Notes under the pieces: generated by a model | What the model was told of the DNA's origin: nothing | The model's input: the letters and a program-made list of their open reading frames with translations, nothing else | The model's database searches: none | Virus record (IMG/VR): IMGVR_UViG_3300018466_000001 | Coordinates: 1 to 51,598 of that record | Origin: a virus | DNA length: 51,598 bases | Reading direction: 5' to 3' (one strand) | Program-made: the position numbers and the translations under genes | In this document: positions 16,812 through 24,894 of the stretch, piece by piece | Layout of the letters: every line of letters starts with the position of its first letter | Numbering within the stretch: the first letter of the stretch is position 1

Positions 16812-17084
16812 TCAGAAGTCGAATGGATCATCGTCCAGCTCCGGAGCGACGAACGAGCCGTAGCCCGTGGCGTCCGGCATCTGGCGCAGCAACTCTACTT
16901 CGTGCAGCAACTTGTTGCCTTCCACGTCCAGCCATGCCGTGTTCGCCTCGGGGTGGGAAATGGTTTCCTCTGCCGCATCCACGGCGGACGGCTTCGTGAG
17001 GTCGTGTTGCTTGGACAGGCGCAGGTCTTGTAGCTCGCGGGCCAGTTCTCGGAAGCGTCTCACGTAGTCGTCGTGGGTTTTCAT
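16812..17084 (-). CDS. Small acidic protein (90 aa) with an SSB-like C-terminal tip DDDPFDF
   Basis: ATG at 17084 (ATGA overlap with the Rad52-like gene). Ends ...FVAPELDDDPFDF. Confidence 0.5.
   Translation of the reverse strand: MKTHDDYVRRFRELARELQDLRLSKQHDLTKPSAVDAAEETISHPEANTAWLDVEGNKLLHEVELLRQMPDATGYGSFVAPELDDDPFDF
16956..16968. repeat. Palindrome copy 2, GGAAATGGTTTCC
   Basis: Inside CDS 16812-17084. Read as GAA ACC ATT TCC (ETIS). Confidence 0.9.
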
Positions 17085-17695
17085 GCGAAGGTCTGACCGG
17101 TGGATTTCTCCACTGCGGTAACGACGCGGCGGGTTTTTTCTGCGCTGTTCTTGAGCGCCTGCCAGTTGTCGCGCACCCACTGCTTAAGCGGGAAGGACTC
17201 ACCCTCCATGTTCAGCGCTACGTCGTCCTCACAGCGGGAGCCTACGTCTTTCAGGAAAGCCATCATCTTGGCGTGCTGCTCGTCCGCCTTGGCGCGGGCG
17301 CGCTGTTCTTCCTCCCTGCCTGCGGCGCCGGTTTTGTCGTACATATCCAAACCCAAACCAAAAAGAGAGCACGTTCGCTTAAACGCCTGAGCAAACGAAT
17401 TGGTCGCGGCATCCCCGAAGTCCACGCCCTCCTCTTCCTCGCTCCCGAAGTTGACGCGTGTAGTGCCGAGGATCGTTATGGGGAGAGCGGTCACGAGTTT
17501 ACCGCCCACGTCGCGCATGACAGGCTCCCCCATGCTCCATCCTGGGCCGACAAGGCGGTTGAGGCGGCGTGCGTAGTGGTGCCAGGAAACAAAGGAGATA
17601 GTCCCTCCCTTCTTCTTCTGCTGGACTAATGCGGGTGGGAAGGGCTCCGCCAGCGCCTTTTCCAGCTCCTCGCACCATTGCGTGTACTCTGCCAT
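17081..17695 (-). CDS. Rad52/Sak-like single-strand annealing protein
   Basis: ISFVSWHHYARRLNRLVGPGWSMGEPV...NSFAQAFKRTCSLFGLGLDMY resembles Rad52-family (DUF1071-type) annealases. Confidence 0.65.
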   Translation of the reverse strand: MAEYTQWCEELEKALAEPFPPALVQQKKKGGTISFVSWHHYARRLNRLVGPGWSMGEPVMRDVGGKLVTALPITILGTTRVNFGSEEEEGVDFGDAATNSFAQAFKRTCSLFGLGLDMYDKTGAAGREEEQRARAKADEQHAKMMAFLKDVGSRCEDDVALNMEGESFPLKQWVRDNWQALKNSAEKTRRVVTAVEKSTGQTFA

Positions 17696-17717
17696 CTGGC
17701 GTCTCTTGGTTCAGCGT

Positions 17718-17730
17718 GGAAACAATTTCC
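17718..17730. repeat. Palindrome copy 3, GGAAACAATTTCC
   Basis: Intergenic, 23 nt upstream of the Rad52-like start. Confidence 0.9.
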
Positions 17731-17882
17731 ATAGAGGGGGAGCGTACCCACGTGACAGGAGAGAGACTGGCGAGCGGCCGGCAGGCCGTTCCTCGCGCGC
17801 TGCCATCTCCTTCTTCCCGGCGAGTCGGGCGCTGCAACCGAGGGGCAGCTACCGGGAGGCTACGCGCCACGTGGGTACGCTG

Positions 17883-18425
17883 TTACTCGGTCTTCACCGT
17901 CACTTTCAGGGCGGCAGAGATCTCGGCAAGCTTCACCTTTAACGCCTTCTCCAGCCCGTCAACGATAGTGGAATTCGCAGACGACAACGCTTGCTTCATG
18001 GCCCGCTCTACCTCGTAATGCAGGTGCTGGTTCACCATGTGCATGACGCGCGTTTGCGTGCCCTTCCACGAGTAGGCGTCGGAACCCTTGGGTTTCCCCT
18101 CGTGGTTCACTGTCTCGGTGAGGTAGGCTTCCGCGCGCTGCACCAGATACTCCCTAAAGGTGAGCGAACCGCCCTTGGCCTCTCCCCACTCGTTCGTCTT
18201 CTGGAGGGTGATAGACTCCACGCCACCTTCCACAAGCGGGCGGATGGCGGTGTCCATCCGCTCCCGCGCCACCGCTTCCACCGTTTTGCGAACGAGGTAT
18301 CGGATGTCCGATTGGTATTCGTTTAGCATGGCTTCCGCCACCTGTCCGGCCGCGCGCTCTATAACGAGGTCTCTAATCTCGTCGCTCGAAACGCTAAGGC
18401 CGATCATCTCCGCTGGCTTGCTCAT
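17883..18425 (-). CDS. Hypothetical protein (180 aa)
   Basis: Internal ATG at 18425 overlaps the upstream stop (ATGA). Confidence 0.5.
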   Translation of the reverse strand: MSKPAEMIGLSVSSDEIRDLVIERAAGQVAEAMLNEYQSDIRYLVRKTVEAVARERMDTAIRPLVEGGVESITLQKTNEWGEAKGGSLTFREYLVQRAEAYLTETVNHEGKPKGSDAYSWKGTQTRVMHMVNQHLHYEVERAMKQALSSANSTIVDGLEKALKVKLAEISAALKVTVKTE

Positions 18426-18595
18426 CCCTGCTCCACTTCGTCGCTGGTGTACGTGCCCGTGGGGGGAAGTATCCCGGCAAGCGCAGCCGCCACCCCGTCG
18501 CTGTCCAGCCACCGCAAAATTAGCACGGCCTGCGATTCAGTTAACGGGAGCCCGACGCGCCGGCCGTTGATCTCAAGCTGCGTCTTGTCGCTCAT
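18422..18595 (-). CDS. Hypothetical protein (57 aa)
   Basis: Hand translation MSDKTQLEINGRRVGLPLTESQAVLILRWLDSDG... ATGA overlaps at both ends. Below the ORF-track cutoff. Confidence 0.45.
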   Translation of the reverse strand: MSDKTQLEINGRRVGLPLTESQAVLILRWLDSDGVAAALAGILPPTGTYTSDEVEQG

Positions 18596-18861
18596 GCTTC
18601 CTCGTTCGTGTAGAAGTCTGCACCGCTGGTGTGGGGCTTACCTGCTTCCACGTCCTCCTCAGTACGTTCGTCGTGGTCCATGCACGTGCAGTCGTCCATC
18701 CACTCGCCGCATCCGGAGCACAGTTCATCATTGGCGCACGTGCACTCGAACCACGCGTTCCCACAGTGGTTGCAGTTGGCGCTCACGCTCTTCTCTCCCT
18801 CTGACGGTGGGTAGATGTGCAGGGCCTGTAGTCTGTGAAGCGAGAGTTGATCGGGAGTCAT
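18592..18861 (-). CDS. Cys-rich acidic protein (89 aa)
   Basis: NCNHCGNAWFECTCANDELCSGCGEWMDDCTCMDH. ATGA coupling. Confidence 0.5.
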   Translation of the reverse strand: MTPDQLSLHRLQALHIYPPSEGEKSVSANCNHCGNAWFECTCANDELCSGCGEWMDDCTCMDHDERTEEDVEAGKPHTSGADFYTNEEA

Positions 18862-19469
18862 GGGAACGCGTCGGCCATGGAAATCCCATCACCCATCCTG
18901 CCTCCACCAATGACGAACGAAGGTGCCCAGCCGTGTTCCACGAACGCCATGGCGGCGCGCTGCGTATAGCCTTCGCCAGTCAGCCACATAGTGAGTTCAC
19001 CGGGAGACGCGAACACGGGCGATACGGGCGAGCCTTCGGAAACAGTTTCCCATACCTGCCAACCCTCGCCCGCCGGAGGCTCAGTTGCCTCCCATGCTTC
19101 GTACGCATCACGCACTGCGGGGTCCATCCCCTCGCCTTCGCAGACTGAGCAGGTTTTCCACTCGGAGGGAAGTCCTGCCAGTTCGCCCAACTTCTTAACC
19201 GCCGCCCACGCGTCAGTGCTGTCGTGGCCGAAGAGCCCGACGGCACGCCCGGCCAGATAGGAAGTGATCTTAGCGTACTCTGGTGTTCTTAACGCAGAGG
19301 TGTCCCACATCAAACTGTTCACGTGCGCCGCGACCAGTTCATACGCGGGAGAGTAACCGCCACGACATCCGGCAGGGCACTCGCGGTAATGCGGGTTGAT
19401 GAAGCCTCCCCACACCTTGTTGAGCGGCCACGAGAAGTCCAGCGGCACCCTCTTGATTTCGCGTCCCAT
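18858..19469 (-). CDS. Hypothetical protein (203 aa)
   Basis: ATG at 19469. Contains palindrome copy 4 in frame (WETVSE). Confidence 0.5.
   Translation of the reverse strand: MGREIKRVPLDFSWPLNKVWGGFINPHYRECPAGCRGGYSPAYELVAAHVNSLMWDTSALRTPEYAKITSYLAGRAVGLFGHDSTDAWAAVKKLGELAGLPSEWKTCSVCEGEGMDPAVRDAYEAWEATEPPAGEGWQVWETVSEGSPVSPVFASPGELTMWLTGEGYTQRAAMAFVEHGWAPSFVIGGGRMGDGISMADAFP
19038..19050. repeat. Palindrome copy 4, GGAAACAGTTTCC
   Basis: Inside CDS 18858-19469 (WETVSE). Confidence 0.9.
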
Positions 19470-19472
19470 CTC

Positions 19473-19682
19473 TCACCTCAACAGAGAAAGCGGTGCGCAG
19501 TTGAGCGCCTTTGCAAAGCGCTGGAGGCTCTTCAAGGTCACGTTGTCCAACCCGTTCTCCATCATGCTTACGCGGGCGCCGGAGACGGGAGGGTCCATCC
19601 GCTTGCCCAGTTCCCTAACGGAGAGCCCAAGGGCCTCCCTGCGCGCTCTGGCATTGGCTGCGAATCGCTCGTTCAGTTCCAT
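19473..19682 (-). CDS. XRE-family HTH regulator (69 aa)
   Basis: MELNERFAANARARREALGLSVRELGKRM...TLKSLQRFAKAL. Start ATG at 19682. Confidence 0.65.
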   Translation of the reverse strand: MELNERFAANARARREALGLSVRELGKRMDPPVSGARVSMMENGLDNVTLKSLQRFAKALNCAPLSLLR

Positions 19683-19689
19683 GCCTGTA

Positions 19690-19717
19690 AATATACACGT
19701 GAACACCACGGGCGCAA
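19690..19717 (-). promoter_or_regulatory. Promoter TTGCGC-16-TATATT lying 7 nt from the ATG (leaderless-type)
   Basis: Read on the minus strand directly upstream of 19682. Confidence 0.45.
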
Positions 19718-19725
19718 GAGCGGCG

Positions 19726-19932
19726 TTATACGGCCAGTGGCGTGAAGACTTCCACCAGACGGCAGTTGTGGCGGCGATGCTTGCTGCTTTCCCATTCCTC
19801 TACTGTCTCGTACATGTAGATGTCCATCGCCTCGTTGTGGACTAGCGCCTGAGCGATGCCGGTTCGAGCCGCCTTGGCCTTGGCCCAACGCGACACGAAC
19901 TCTCTCGTTCTGTGATCCATTTCGTCTCTCAT
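19726..19932 (-). CDS. Hypothetical protein (68 aa)
   Basis: ATG at 19932 (ATGA overlap). Sequence begins MRDEMDHRTREFVSRWAKAKA... Confidence 0.45.
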   Translation of the reverse strand: MRDEMDHRTREFVSRWAKAKAARTGIAQALVHNEAMDIYMYETVEEWESSKHRRHNCRLVEVFTPLAV

Positions 19933-20390
19933 CCGTAACAGGTGATTCCTGCTTGCTCGCGCGTATGCTGCTTGGCTAGTTCCGGCGTGCTCCCGATCCG
20001 TGCCCAAAACGTATCGCAGCCTTCGTTGTGCACCCGCTGGTGGCATCCGGGGGCGCCGTGCATCCGCGTCAAGTCGCAAAGTGGCATCGAGTCGCGATCT
20101 TCCCCGCCGTTCTTCTGCGACGGATCGTGGTGCGGAACGCTGGCCCCTTCTCTCCCGCATGCGTAACACGGCAGTTGATAGCAGGCCTCCGCTTGAACAT
20201 CGAAGTTCTTGGCCCTCGTCTCCGCCGCCCGCTTCTTGTTGACCTTGGGCAGCGTGGCGTACGTCCTGAGCGTCGATCCGGGGGCGGTCCGTCCCTTTGC
20301 CCTGTCTCGCTTGCCGCGTGGCTTCTGGAGTGCTCCTGGGGCTTCTTCCAGTGCGTTCCAGTCGATAGAGCCAGAGGGCGGATCGGTCAC
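19929..20390 (-). CDS. Cys/His-rich protein, possible HNH-type nuclease
   Basis: CYACGREGASVPHHDPSQKNGGEDRDSMPLCDLTRMHGAPGCHQRVH fits CxxC..HH..PLC..H..H spacing. GTG start (GTGA). Confidence 0.4.
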   Translation of the reverse strand: MTDPPSGSIDWNALEEAPGALQKPRGKRDRAKGRTAPGSTLRTYATLPKVNKKRAAETRAKNFDVQAEACYQLPCYACGREGASVPHHDPSQKNGGEDRDSMPLCDLTRMHGAPGCHQRVHNEGCDTFWARIGSTPELAKQHTREQAGITCYG

Positions 20391-20599
20391 GGACGGTATC
20401 CCAGCATGCGAGCGTAGGAGTCGCGGAAGTTGTCACGCTCCCGGCGTGCGCTCTCCAGTTCATCCAGAAGCGACCGGACGACGTCTGCGCGCATGGTCAG
20501 TTCGCCCGTGTACACGTCTACCGACTGCTGGCACCTCTCTCTGAGAGCCGCGATGCGTCCTGCATCCCATGCGGGCGGCTGGTTGGCGTCTGTGCTCAT
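20387..20599 (-). CDS. Hypothetical protein (70 aa)
   Basis: ATG at 20599 in an ATGA overlap. Confidence 0.5.
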   Translation of the reverse strand: MSTDANQPPAWDAGRIAALRERCQQSVDVYTGELTMRADVVRSLLDELESARRERDNFRDSYARMLGYRP

Positions 20600-20814
20600 G
20601 CGTCTGCACTGACTTCTGCGGGGCCCGGCGTTACGGTGATCGTAAATGGGACGTAGCACGCTTCCGAACTGCTCATGTCCACCGTGAATGTTCCGGTGGC
20701 GGCGTCTCGGAAGTATTCGCCTACGTTACGGTTGTCGACGTCCAACGCACCCTCGATCAGCGCCAGCAGGCGGTCGTGGGCCTCTCGCACGATGCGCTCG
20801 TCTCGCTTGCTCAT
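20596..20814 (-). CDS. Hypothetical protein (72 aa)
   Basis: ATG at 20814 in an ATGA overlap. Sequence begins MSKRDERIVREAHDRLLAL... Confidence 0.5.
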   Translation of the reverse strand: MSKRDERIVREAHDRLLALIEGALDVDNRNVGEYFRDAATGTFTVDMSSSEACYVPFTITVTPGPAEVSADA

Positions 20815-21152
20815 CCCTCGTTCTCCTTGCCGATGGGTAGTGGGCCGGGGTCCAGACGCTCCCGTACCTTGTAGGCGCCTTCCTCCATGCGGTCTCGTAT
20901 CAGGTGGCGTGCTCCGTCCAGCACACGGCGTGAGAGACGCGGGGAGTTGCGGAGTAGTTCTAGGATCACCTGCTCCGCCGTCTTGTCGGGGAGCCGCAGG
21001 AGCAAGTCCGGGCTGTCTGGCGTGCTGCCGAAAGCCAGCGTGGCGCCCGTTGGATCTTCTTCGGTGCCGTCTGCGGTGTGGTCGTCCTCCACGTAGACCG
21101 GTGCGTTGGGCGCCACCAGCAGTGCGGCGTAGTAGATGGTGACGGCGTTCAC
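20811..21152 (-). CDS. Hypothetical protein (113 aa)
   Basis: GTG start in a GTGA overlap. Confidence 0.5.
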   Translation of the reverse strand: MNAVTIYYAALLVAPNAPVYVEDDHTADGTEEDPTGATLAFGSTPDSPDLLLRLPDKTAEQVILELLRNSPRLSRRVLDGARHLIRDRMEEGAYKVRERLDPGPLPIGKENEG

Positions 21153-21367
21153 GGTACCCCCTTGATTGATGGCGACTGCGCGTTGAGGATTTTACAGCAC
21201 CGCAGGCAAGCGAACGGGGAGAAAGCGAACATTCGGCGCCCCTCTTCCACCATGGCACCGCACAGGCTCTTGCCTGTGCCAAACGGCACGGCGTGCTGCT
21301 TGGGCGGCTTCGGACTGCGCACCGTGGCACCCTGTGACGTACCGACACGGAGAACGGTCCCCTTCAC
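21149..21367 (-). CDS. Hypothetical protein (72 aa)
   Basis: GTG start in a GTGA overlap. Confidence 0.45.
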   Translation of the reverse strand: MKGTVLRVGTSQGATVRSPKPPKQHAVPFGTGKSLCGAMVEEGRRMFAFSPFACLRCCKILNAQSPSIKGVP

Positions 21368-21576
21368 GGTGCACCCTCCCTCTCATGCTCCTCGTCAACC
21401 CACGAGCCAGCGTTTAGCACGGCAGCAAGGCGAACCGCAAGCGCCTCGTTCTCTTGGGCCGTGCCCCTTCGGCACTGGACGCCGGGAAAGACGCGCTGTT
21501 CACCGTACACGGCCCAGACCTTGGTGCGGCCGCTCGTGGTCGTGGAGCGCTTTACCTTGAACCTTGGCGTGCTCAT
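21364..21576 (-). CDS. Hypothetical protein (70 aa)
   Basis: ATG at 21576 in an ATGA overlap. Confidence 0.5.
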   Translation of the reverse strand: MSTPRFKVKRSTTTSGRTKVWAVYGEQRVFPGVQCRRGTAQENEALAVRLAAVLNAGSWVDEEHEREGAP

Positions 21577-21785
21577 GCGTTCTCCTGAAACTCACGGGTG
21601 GTTGCGTCGAACAGTCGGTCCCTCACCACGTCTCGCACCCATTCGGCGGGCGTGAGCCCCACGCGCTCGGCTTCTCTCTCTATCTGTGCGTGCTCTCCAT
21701 CGTGCAGAGAAATTTTCATCCTGCGGGAAAAGCGCTTGCCTTCCTTCGGCTTGAAGGAGGTCTTCGTGGCGTGGCGTGGACTCAT
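21573..21785 (-). CDS. Ribbon-helix-helix protein (70 aa)
   Basis: RRMKISLHDGEHAQIEREAERVGLTPAEWVRDVV fits the RHH (CopG/MobC-like) pattern. Confidence 0.55.
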   Translation of the reverse strand: MSPRHATKTSFKPKEGKRFSRRMKISLHDGEHAQIEREAERVGLTPAEWVRDVVRDRLFDATTREFQENA

Positions 21786-22075
21786 CCGGGGAACTCCTGA
21801 CCGCCCGTGCGCTCGTTGCAGTGCGTTTCTAGCGTGGAAACCAGACCCGCTTCTAGGCAGCGAATGAGGTGCAGCGCTGCTGTCTCCTCGTCAAACGGCT
21901 CTACCTCATCGACCTGCGCCTGTCGCAGGTGATCCTCTCGGATCTCATCGAACGTCATCCCGTTGGGCGCGTGGCGAACGCTCATCACGGAATGCGCGAT
22001 GTAGGCCCAATCCTCGTTGCGCTCCGGCTTCGCCAGCGACGGCGTTCGGATGAACGTCACGCTCTCAACAGACAC
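21782..22075 (-). CDS. Hypothetical protein (97 aa)
   Basis: GTG start with GAGAGAGGCGG upstream. Confidence 0.5.
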   Translation of the reverse strand: MSVESVTFIRTPSLAKPERNEDWAYIAHSVMSVRHAPNGMTFDEIREDHLRQAQVDEVEPFDEETAALHLIRCLEAGLVSTLETHCNERTGGQEFPG

Positions 22076-22119
22076 GGTTCCGCCTCTCTCGGAGAATGCC
22101 TTGGTTCCTCTGCCACCTT

Positions 22120-22148
22120 AAGGTATGCTCCCGTAGTCACCCGCGCAA
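22120..22148 (-). promoter_or_regulatory. Candidate promoter TTGCGC-17-TACCTT
   Basis: Read on the minus strand upstream of 22075. Confidence 0.35.
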
Positions 22149-22248
22149 CTGCGTCTTTTTAACACGCCTGCATCTTCCCCCGGTCCGTCCGTTGCGATAC
22201 CATTTACGCCATGAACGAGACTCGCCCGGTGAACCCACGCCGCTGCTC

Positions 22249-22578
22249 CTATACCCGCCAGAAGAGGCAGGCACGTGCTGCCATGGCTAGGCGGTGGGAA
22301 CTGGCGTCTCGCAACGTCGAACGAGAAGCAGGGCGTTGGCTGCTGGGGACGGATCTCGCATGGAGGCGGTGGGAGGCCGACGATGGGTTGTGGCCGCGCG
22401 AGATCAACTCCAGAGACACAGCCCCGGAACCACAGCACAGGTCGTAGAATTCCTGTTCCGGATGCAGGTACATGTGCCTGACGATCTCCGGTGCCTGTCG
22501 CCGCTTTCCACCCTGGTATGATACAGGAGGTAGTAGGTGCACCCGGCGCGGACGCATCTGGCTGGAAACTGTTTCCAT
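22249..22578 (-). pseudogene. N-terminal fragment of a D12-class (Dam-like) DNA adenine methyltransferase; apparently truncated
   Basis: PPVSYQGGKRRQAPEIV...FYDLCCGSGAVSLEL matches the Y.GGK and motif I parts. No DPPY/NPPY appears in any frame before the next gene. Confidence 0.4.
22564..22576. repeat. Palindrome copy 5, GGAAACTGTTTCC
   Basis: Abuts the ATG of the methyltransferase fragment (METVSS). Confidence 0.9.
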
Positions 22579-22582
22579 GGCC

Positions 22583-22792
22583 CTAGTTCACCTCAACCAC
22601 TTCGCTAACCACCTTCACTAGGCGGAACGTTCCCGGCGGCCAGCGGCTGCGGTTTTCCTTGAACGCCCGGCGAGCGGATGCCTCGTCGGTAAAGCCGTCG
22701 CCGCCCGTAAGCGCGGTCCAGTATCCGTTCCTGCCGATGGCATGCTCGGCGTCTATCCACCCCTCCAATCTCCACGTCGCTTCTTCGCTCAT
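22583..22792 (-). CDS. Hypothetical protein (69 aa)
   Basis: ATG at 22792 in an ATGA overlap. Confidence 0.5.
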   Translation of the reverse strand: MSEEATWRLEGWIDAEHAIGRNGYWTALTGGDGFTDEASARRAFKENRSRWPPGTFRLVKVVSEVVEVN

Positions 22793-23043
22793 CCCTCGGT
22801 CCTTTCCTTGGCGCATCCTGCGAAGAGAGTAAGCACCCTGTCCGCTACCCACGACGTGAAGTCACCAGCGCCGGTGTAACGCTCTTTCTCGCGCCACATG
22901 GAATCAGGCTGTGGCTCCCACTCCCAACGCACGTAGCCGCTTTCCGGGGACGATACGAAACTGACGTGACGGGGAGACGGGGTGCGGCGCTCTATGCGCT
23001 TCCACGGTTCGGAGCGATCGATGCGTTGCCATGGGATGCTCAT
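22789..23043 (-). CDS. Hypothetical protein (84 aa)
   Basis: ATG at 23043 overlaps the stop of ORF 23040-23258. Confidence 0.5.
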   Translation of the reverse strand: MSIPWQRIDRSEPWKRIERRTPSPRHVSFVSSPESGYVRWEWEPQPDSMWREKERYTGAGDFTSWVADRVLTLFAGCAKERTEG

Positions 23044-23112
23044 TCGCGTTCCTCGCGAGCCGGGCCGGAGTGCGTCACCTTCGCGCCGAAGGGACCGAAC
23101 AGTTCCGGATGC

Positions 23113-23364
23113 TTAGCCATGATACCGTCCAGCGTGCGTGCGTTCATGACTACGCGATGTTCCTTGGGGCGCTTGGGCGGCTGCTCCCTGTGTCTCAACC
23201 CATTTACCATCCATCCACCTATCCCACTCCATCGCCTGAGACGTGGCGGTGTAGTCAAAAACCAGATCGTCCGGCATGGCCTCGCTTACCTGAATAACCA
23301 GCGGCGGAGGGAGGCGCTGTATCTGCTCCACCATCTTCCGAAGTTCCGCCATGAAGTCGCTCAT
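23113..23364 (-). CDS. Hypothetical protein (83 aa); its 3' end conflicts with ORF 23040-23258
   Basis: ATG at 23364 (ATGA overlap). The C-terminal 30 aa look low-complexity, and the other frame ends in a plausible MNARTLDGIMAKHPELFGPFG... Confidence 0.4.
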   Translation of the reverse strand: MSDFMAELRKMVEQIQRLPPPLVIQVSEAMPDDLVFDYTATSQAMEWDRWMDGKWVETQGAAAQAPQGTSRSHERTHAGRYHG

Positions 23365-23561
23365 TCGATCTCCACTGCTACGATGCACCGCGCGACCTGC
23401 ACGCCGTACCTGCGCCGGTCGTTGTGGTAGATATTGAACCCGCCTCCGTAGGCACCGTTATACGAGGCGATGGCGTCCTTCCGGCGCTTGTCCACGGTGC
23501 AGGGGAGCGGCCAGCCTCCAGCGTTCACCACGCACCACATACGTACCGTTCTGGCGGTCAC
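23361..23561 (-). CDS. Hypothetical protein (66 aa)
   Basis: GTG/ATG start overlapping the XRE stop. Confidence 0.5.
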   Translation of the reverse strand: MTARTVRMWCVVNAGGWPLPCTVDKRRKDAIASYNGAYGGGFNIYHNDRRRYGVQVARCIVAVEIE

Positions 23562-23812
23562 GATCTCACCTCGCCTTCAAGCACTTCTAGGGGGTTGTCA
23601 GAGAGCAGGGAGGATGCCTTGACGCCCAAGTTAAGCGCTGTACGTTCCAGCGTCGTCAGGGTGGCGTTCCTCTTGCCCGTGCGCCAGAGGGAGGCGAGCT
23701 GCGGAGACACCCCGCTCTCCTTGGCGAACGACTCCGCGTCCAGCTTCCGCGATTCGCGGATCAGATCCAGGTTGCGCACTAGGCGCTGCCCCAGTGTCTC
23801 GGTAGTTTTCAT
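23558..23812 (-). CDS. XRE-family HTH regulator, paralog of 30193-30441
   Basis: MKTTETLGQRLVRNLDLIRESRKLDAESFAKESGVSPQLASLWRTGKRN. Shares a 22-nt identical stretch (gcggatcagatccaggttgcgc) with the paralog. Confidence 0.7.
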   Translation of the reverse strand: MKTTETLGQRLVRNLDLIRESRKLDAESFAKESGVSPQLASLWRTGKRNATLTTLERTALNLGVKASSLLSDNPLEVLEGEVRS

Positions 23813-23819
23813 GGCCTGA

Positions 23820-23848
23820 ATCATACAATCGTCGCAGCCGATGCACAA
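23820..23848 (-). promoter_or_regulatory. Promoter TTGTGC-17-TATGAT lying 7 nt from the ATG (leaderless-type)
   Basis: Minus strand, back-to-back with the plus-strand promoter at 23854. Confidence 0.45.
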
Positions 23849-23853
23849 GAGTG

Positions 23854-23882
23854 TTGACAAGACCGACGAGAGGCGCTAGACT
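23854..23882 (+). promoter_or_regulatory. Near-consensus promoter TTGACA-17-TAGACT driving the RNA island
   Basis: GAGTGTTGACA is shared with the promoter at 30504. Spacer is 17 nt. Confidence 0.6.
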
Positions 23883-23888
23883 GGTATT

Positions 23889-24353
23889 CAGCAAGCGGGG
23901 CAGGGTGGGGCTGTCGACAGCCCAATGGCGTGAATCCCTTCGCCTATCCACGTGGACTTTGAATCGGGTGCCACGGTACCGCCAGATTAAGTTGCACGGT
24001 CCGGCCGCCAAGAGGGGCCGCCCTGTCCCGCGTCTTTGTTGGTGGAGGGGAGAGTAGTACCGAAGCGCACGCGCTAGGTGAGACGTGGCAGGTCCGGCCC
24101 GAGAGGGTGACAATGCGGCCTCCGTCGCGCCGCTCTGCTGGAAAGCCGCCGTTTTGTTCGGTGGGCCGAGAGCGCCAGATTCCCGCGTGTGATGGAGCCG
24201 GGTAAATCGGGCATGGCGTACGTTGATCCGGCCTCTTCGTGCCGGGGAGTAGAAGCGTGTTCGGGGCCGGCGAAAGTGCAGCTAGGGACATGCGCAAGCA
24301 CCATGCGGCGGATTTGCTGCGTCGCACCCCCTTCACCTGAGCGGAGAACGACG
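23889..24353 (+). ncRNA. Candidate structured non-coding leader/ncRNA (about 465 nt)
   Basis: No credible ORF follows the strong promoter. GC-rich with many local inverted repeats, including the perfect 16-nt palindrome GGGCTGTCGACAGCCC at 23908-23923. Confidence 0.35.
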
Positions 24354-24584
24354 ATGGGCGACGTGCGGCAGGACATAACGGAGGAACAGGCCGAGTGGCG
24401 CATACGCAACGACGAGCCTACCTTCGCTGAGGTCTACGGCAAGCGGGTGCGCATCGTGGAGATGGGACCGCCGCCCAAGCGGACCGGCGAAATGCGACTC
24501 GTAACGGCGTGGCACGGCGGCAAGTTCCACACTCCGCGATTCTTCGCCCACAACTTTGGCAAAGAGGACGCACGGATAGGTTAG
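24354..24584 (+). CDS. Hypothetical protein (76 aa)
   Basis: ATG at 24354 with GGAG 9-12 nt upstream. Sequence begins MGDVRQDITEEQAEWRIRNDEPTFAEVYGKRVRIVEMG... Confidence 0.45.
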   Translation: MGDVRQDITEEQAEWRIRNDEPTFAEVYGKRVRIVEMGPPPKRTGEMRLVTAWHGGKFHTPRFFAHNFGKEDARIG

Positions 24585-24894
24585 CATCGGTTGCCCACGG
24601 GCCGTTAGGCGCAGGCGCCATCGTGGGACAAATGATTTGCGGTGCAGAACGCCGGCAACACAGGGCTCAGTGCAGGATGGAGCGCCAGTCCTGCCTGCAC
24701 GCAACCTTTGGGGTGGGGCTTCACCTGAGCGAAGGCGACCGTGCGGTGTTTAGTCAAGTACATAATTCCGAAAGGATTCAGGGTCCGGTGGGAATCAGCC
24801 GTGCGACCGTGGGATTAGAAGACCACAGCAAAGGGCAAGTGACCGCAGGCCGGGAGGCGACAGGAGCGCGCGACCGCTCCACCCGGCACCACAT

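Noticed and set aside
22621-22634. 10-bp palindrome GGAACGTTCC, and several half-sites (GTTTCCAC, ATTTCCAC at 11887, 12374, 25808, 48295) related to the 13-mer family
   Set aside because: Single occurrences or half-sites cannot be told apart from chance by eye. They are recorded only as possible degenerate family members.
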